Assembly (NCBI GenBank): GCA_020184695.1
Contig: JAANOX010000213.1
Coordinates: 1 to 64,000, forward strand
Source: Histomonas meleagridis 2922-C6/04-290x
Taxonomy: Eukaryota > Protista > Parabasalia
Direction: 5' to 3'
DNA: 64,000 nucleotides
Below the pieces are notes generated by a model. The model searched no databases, was not told the DNA's origin, and saw only the letters and a list, made by a program, of their open reading frames with translations. The position numbers and the translations under genes are program-made. The first letter of the stretch is position 1, and every line of letters starts with the position of its first letter. Positions 60,423 to 64,000 of this stretch are shown piece by piece.

Positions 60423-63087
60423 ATGATTGAACAAGAAAGAACAATTTCTGTTCATAAAAGTTCTCCAGAATTGAAAACTATACAGTCAATAAACCAAATA
60501 ATATTCGAACTTGAACAAGATAATATAGATTTATCTGCAGAGAAATTAATACAGTATTTTGATGAAAACTTAGTTTTCACATTTAATATTTTTTTATGTC
60601 AATTTGTATTTTCTTCATTCCGTTCTAAAAGAAAAGATTTTTCTCTATATTTCCAATTTTTAAAAACCATTGAAAATAAAGAAGAAAAAATCATTAAAAA
60701 AACCCCCACAAATTTTCAATCTTTTTCTTGACTTTCTTCTAAAGGAAAAATGTGATGAATCAAAATATCTTATTGCTAAGTTAGCTTCCGAAAAGCTAAT
60801 AGAATATGATTTTGATAAAGTTAAAACAAAATTATATTTCATACATTTATTTTCAGATAAATTATTAAAAGAAATAAGTGATAGTCAACTTTATATATTC
60901 TTTGGACACAAAGAAAACATTGAAAACATCAAAAAATGATAATTGGAGAACTCATATAAAAAATATTAATGAAGGAAATCCGAATGAAATATCTAAAATA
61001 ATTCGAAATGATGAAATCGAAAAACTTCAAGAGATTTCATCACAAAATAATTTCGATTTTAATCAATTTATTGTTCCATCATCTTATGAAAGATATTCAT
61101 TTGTTAGGAATTGTGGTATTTCATTAATTGATTATGCAGCATTTTATGGATCAATTAAATGTTTCAAATTTTTACTTATGAATGGAGCTAAAATATATAA
61201 AACAGGTGATTATGCTGTTGCAAATGGAAATTTGGAAATAATTCATTTATGTGAACAAAATCATGCATCTTTTTACGGTTCTTTAGAAGCAGCAATTAAA
61301 TTTCATCATAATGATATCTTCAAATATCTTTATAATGATTATATTAAAAAAAAAAATATATTTAATGCCAAGGATACCATTAAGAAATTTTTCGAAAGAT
61401 AATTATTCTCCTTCACAAAAAATAGAAATATTAAATAATTCTTTAAAAGATTTTGCTAATAATTGTATTGATTCATATAACTATGAAATTTTTTCATTTT
61501 TAGAAGGAGAAAAACTAATAATAAATAGAATGATGATTTCGAAAGCAATAATAAATGGTAATTCTTATTTTGTTAAACATCTTTTGGAATACAATAAGAT
61601 TCAAAACGAATATTTCATGCAAAATCAAATCAATAAAACCATAAATAATATTTATAATAGGAATAAATTTGATATTAATGATCAAGATGTTCATCTAATT
61701 TAATTGATGTTTAATGTAAATATTTGAAGTTTTAAAACGATTTTTGGAATTTATTTAAATATTTTCAAACATTTCTAATTCTAGCAGTTGAAAAAAATTA
61801 TATAGAAATAGTAAAAATACTTCTAGAACAAAATGAAATTGATGTTAATGTAAGAAATTTTCGTTTGTTATGTTTAATATTTATTTTAATAATTTAATAT
61901 TTCAATATAATATTTAGATTTTGTTCAAATTATTTCAAACAGCACTTATGATTGCATCTCAAAATGGTGAAGTTGAATTAGTAAAATTACTTCTTGATCA
62001 AGGGAGAACTGATTTAAATAATAAAATTATTTACTTTCTTTAAATAAATTTTATTTCATGAATTTACAGTTTCATAAATATAATTTTTGTTTATTTATAA
62101 TATTTGAAATGCTTCTAATGAATAAAAAAGGAATTAATAAAATAGAGATTGCTCAATTACTTCTCAAAACAATAGATATCAATAGTAAAAATATTTATTT
62201 GATTTATAAGTTAATTAATTTCATAATATGATGTTTTAATATAATATTTGGAAATTATTCAAAATATTGCAAACACCACTTATGATTGCATCTATTTGTG
62301 GTAATATCGAAATTGTAAAATTACTTCTTGAGTATAAAGATATTGATATTAATGCAAAAGATGTTAATTTTTTATTGTATCACATTTATTTCTATAATAT
62401 TGTTTTTTTCAAAATAAATCAGGAATTTATGTAAACATTTTGAAGCAGCATTAATAAGAGCATCTGAATTATGTTATCAAGAAATAGTTCAATTACTTCT
62501 TGAACAAAAAGGTATTGATGTTAATATTAAAAATGTATAAATAAATTATTTAATTTTAATAACAATAATTTGATATTTTAAATTAATATTTGGAAATTAT
62601 TAAAAATATTTTGGACATCACTTCATTGGGCAACTTCATTTGGTAATATAATAATCACACAATTACTTCTTAAACAAGAAGGAATTGATGTTAATATTAA
62701 AAATATTAAATTTTTGTAATTAATATTTATTTTAATAATTTATTATTACAATAAAATATAAGGAATTTATTAAAGTTATTTGAAACGCCTCTTATAATTG
62801 CATCAAAAAATAGGAATACTGAAGTTGTTAAATTACTTCTTGAACGAAATGATATTGATGTTAATGCACAAAATAAGGAAGGCAAAACAGCAATTGTTGT
62901 TGCATCCATAAAGAATAATAAAGAAATAGTTGAATTACTTAAAAGGAAAGAAGGAATTAAATATGAAGAAAGTCAATTGAAGCAAACATTTCAGAAGCCA
63001 AGTGAAAATAAATCTTCGCTTGGATACTTATTGATGTTAGCTGCACAATTTGATAAAAATAGTGGTAAAGGAATAAATTTATTATGA
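60423..63087 (+). CDS. DUF3447-type ankyrin-repeat protein B; 7 repeat junctions carry 77/79-nt spacer blocks
   Basis: Paralog of gene A (EISKIIRNDEIEKLQEISSQ...LIDYAAFYGSIKCFKFLL). Three 1-nt homopolymer shifts occur in the 5' part. Ankyrin exons are 93/93/87/93/93/93 nt, and the last exon runs to TGA at 63085-63087. Confidence 0.85.
61689..62781 (+). other. Seven [17-nt spacer + codon] blocks in ankyrin gene B
   Basis: Blocks at 61689-61765, 61859-61935, 62029-62105, 62193-62269, 62535-62611, 62705-62781 (77 nt) and 62363-62441 (79 nt). They decode to DEG, NNR, KTF, VDG, NDG, NIG and xxG. Confidence 0.85.
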
Positions 63088-63394
63088 AATTTCTTCAACG
63101 GCAACAAATAGAAAACACAAAGTAACTGTTTAATAGAAAAACAAACACAAATTTAGATAATAAACATAAAAATAAACAAGAATTTCATATTTATTTAATT
63201 TTTTTATTTTAATTTTGTTTGTTTAAAAAAAAAAAATTGTAAGGGTTGTTGGAGAAGTGGAAAATTTGAAAATTTCTAAATTATGATATTCACCAATAAT
63301 TATGAATTTGATCTTATATTTTTTGATTTCTTGTTCTATTGCATTTGAAACGAACGTTAATTCTTTTGGAAACGTTTTAAAAAAGAAAAAAAAA

Positions 63395-64000
63395 ATGAAT
63401 TCTTCTTATGAAAGAATGCAATATAGAATATACGATTCTCTTCAGTTTATATGTAATCGTGAAATTAATCTTCGTGATGATGAGATAGCAAGACTTAAAG
63501 AAGAACTAGCAAAATTAAAATCAGAAATTGAAACTTATGATGAAAAATTCACTAATGAAAGTGTTATGCAAAAGGAGCTAAACAATTTAAAAAAGAAACT
63601 TTTAAGTTTAAAAAATAATCATCAAATTCAAGTTTCTCAACTTTCGATAGAACATCAAAACCAACTTCAAAAATTGTCACAATTACAACAAGAACATATT
63701 AATCAAAGTTCCAAATCAGAAACAGAAGTATCCGATTTTACCGAAGCATTTTCAAATTTAATATACAATTCATCTTCTGAAGAAAATGAACTCCAAAACA
63801 AAATTACTGAACTAAAAAGATCCATACAAATTGAGAAATCAAAAACACGTCAATTAAAATCAATTGTTAAGCAATCAGTAAACCCTATACCAAATCAATT
63901 CATAACACCTGAACTTCTTATGAGCCTTCCAAAAGATCAAAAATTATATATTGTTACTTCACTACAATCTCAAAACAAAGCGTTAAAACGTGAAATATGT
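63395..64000 (+). CDS. Coiled-coil protein, 3'-partial
   Basis: ATG at 63395 opens 202 stop-free codons to the window end (MNSSYERMQYRIYDSLQFICNREINLRDDEIARLKEELAKLKSEIE...), with a heptad pattern. Confidence 0.8.
   Translation, partial: MNSSYERMQYRIYDSLQFICNREINLRDDEIARLKEELAKLKSEIETYDEKFTNESVMQKELNNLKKKLLSLKNNHQIQVSQLSIEHQNQLQKLSQLQQEHINQSSKSETEVSDFTEAFSNLIYNSSSEENELQNKITELKRSIQIEKSKTRQLKSIVKQSVNPIPNQFITPELLMSLPKDQKLYIVTSLQSQNKALKREIC

Noticed and set aside
59890-61400. Introns explaining the frame breaks in the 5' parts of the ankyrin genes
   Set aside because: The breaks sit in or next to A/T/C homopolymers and are resolved by 1-nt indels, so they are most likely sequencing errors.
61850-61918. 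Canonical GT-AG intron (gtaaga...tttag) explaining one ankyrin block
   Set aside because: It is in frame by chance but gives DVN-ILFKLF-QTAL, which breaks the ankyrin consensus. No equivalent AG exists in the other 11 blocks.
58241-62781. CRISPR-like array (regular 170-nt period)
   Set aside because: The repeating units are protein-coding ankyrin exons with no conserved direct repeat and no cas genes, in a eukaryotic context.
1-64000. rRNA, tRNA or snRNA genes
   Set aside because: No cloverleaf, rRNA or Sm-site-containing sequence was recognised by eye. A covariance-model search (Infernal, tRNAscan-SE) would be needed to exclude them.

Overview
AT-rich eukaryotic DNA, most consistent with a parabasalid (Tritrichomonas/Trichomonas-like), judged from the actin C-terminus, DUF3447-type ankyrin genes, pseudokinase-Sel1 genes and Maverick-type integrase/capsid remnants. 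Layout: (1) 1-3 kb is an indel-rich, probably unpolished segment holding an inverted noisy copy of 52.4-54.1 kb and a frameshifted actin. (2) About 3.3-20.8 kb is one giant frameshift-broken gene: pseudokinase, six tandem midasin-type AAA+ modules, long linker, vWA, vWA, alpha/beta domain, vWA. (3) About 21-50 kb is a graveyard of nested, decayed mobile DNA: Maverick/Polinton pieces plus MULE, Tc1, Merlin, pogo and mariner remnants. (4) 50.3-57.7 kb holds intact host genes: BAR-like, Sel1-repeat, PRP43 and pseudokinase-Sel1. (5) 58.1-63.1 kb holds two divergent ankyrin genes. Main discovery: 12 ankyrin-repeat junctions in these two genes are interrupted by a 77-nt AT-rich block (10 x 77, 1 x 78, 1 x 79 nt). 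Each block resolves as four 17-nt non-GT-AG spacers separating three single codons, and those codons spell the missing ankyrin x-x-G hairpin (e.g. KD-E-N-G-QTAL). This suggests an undescribed micro-splicing, deletion-editing or recoding system; the mechanism is inference and needs RNA data. Family assignments come from motif recognition, not database searches.
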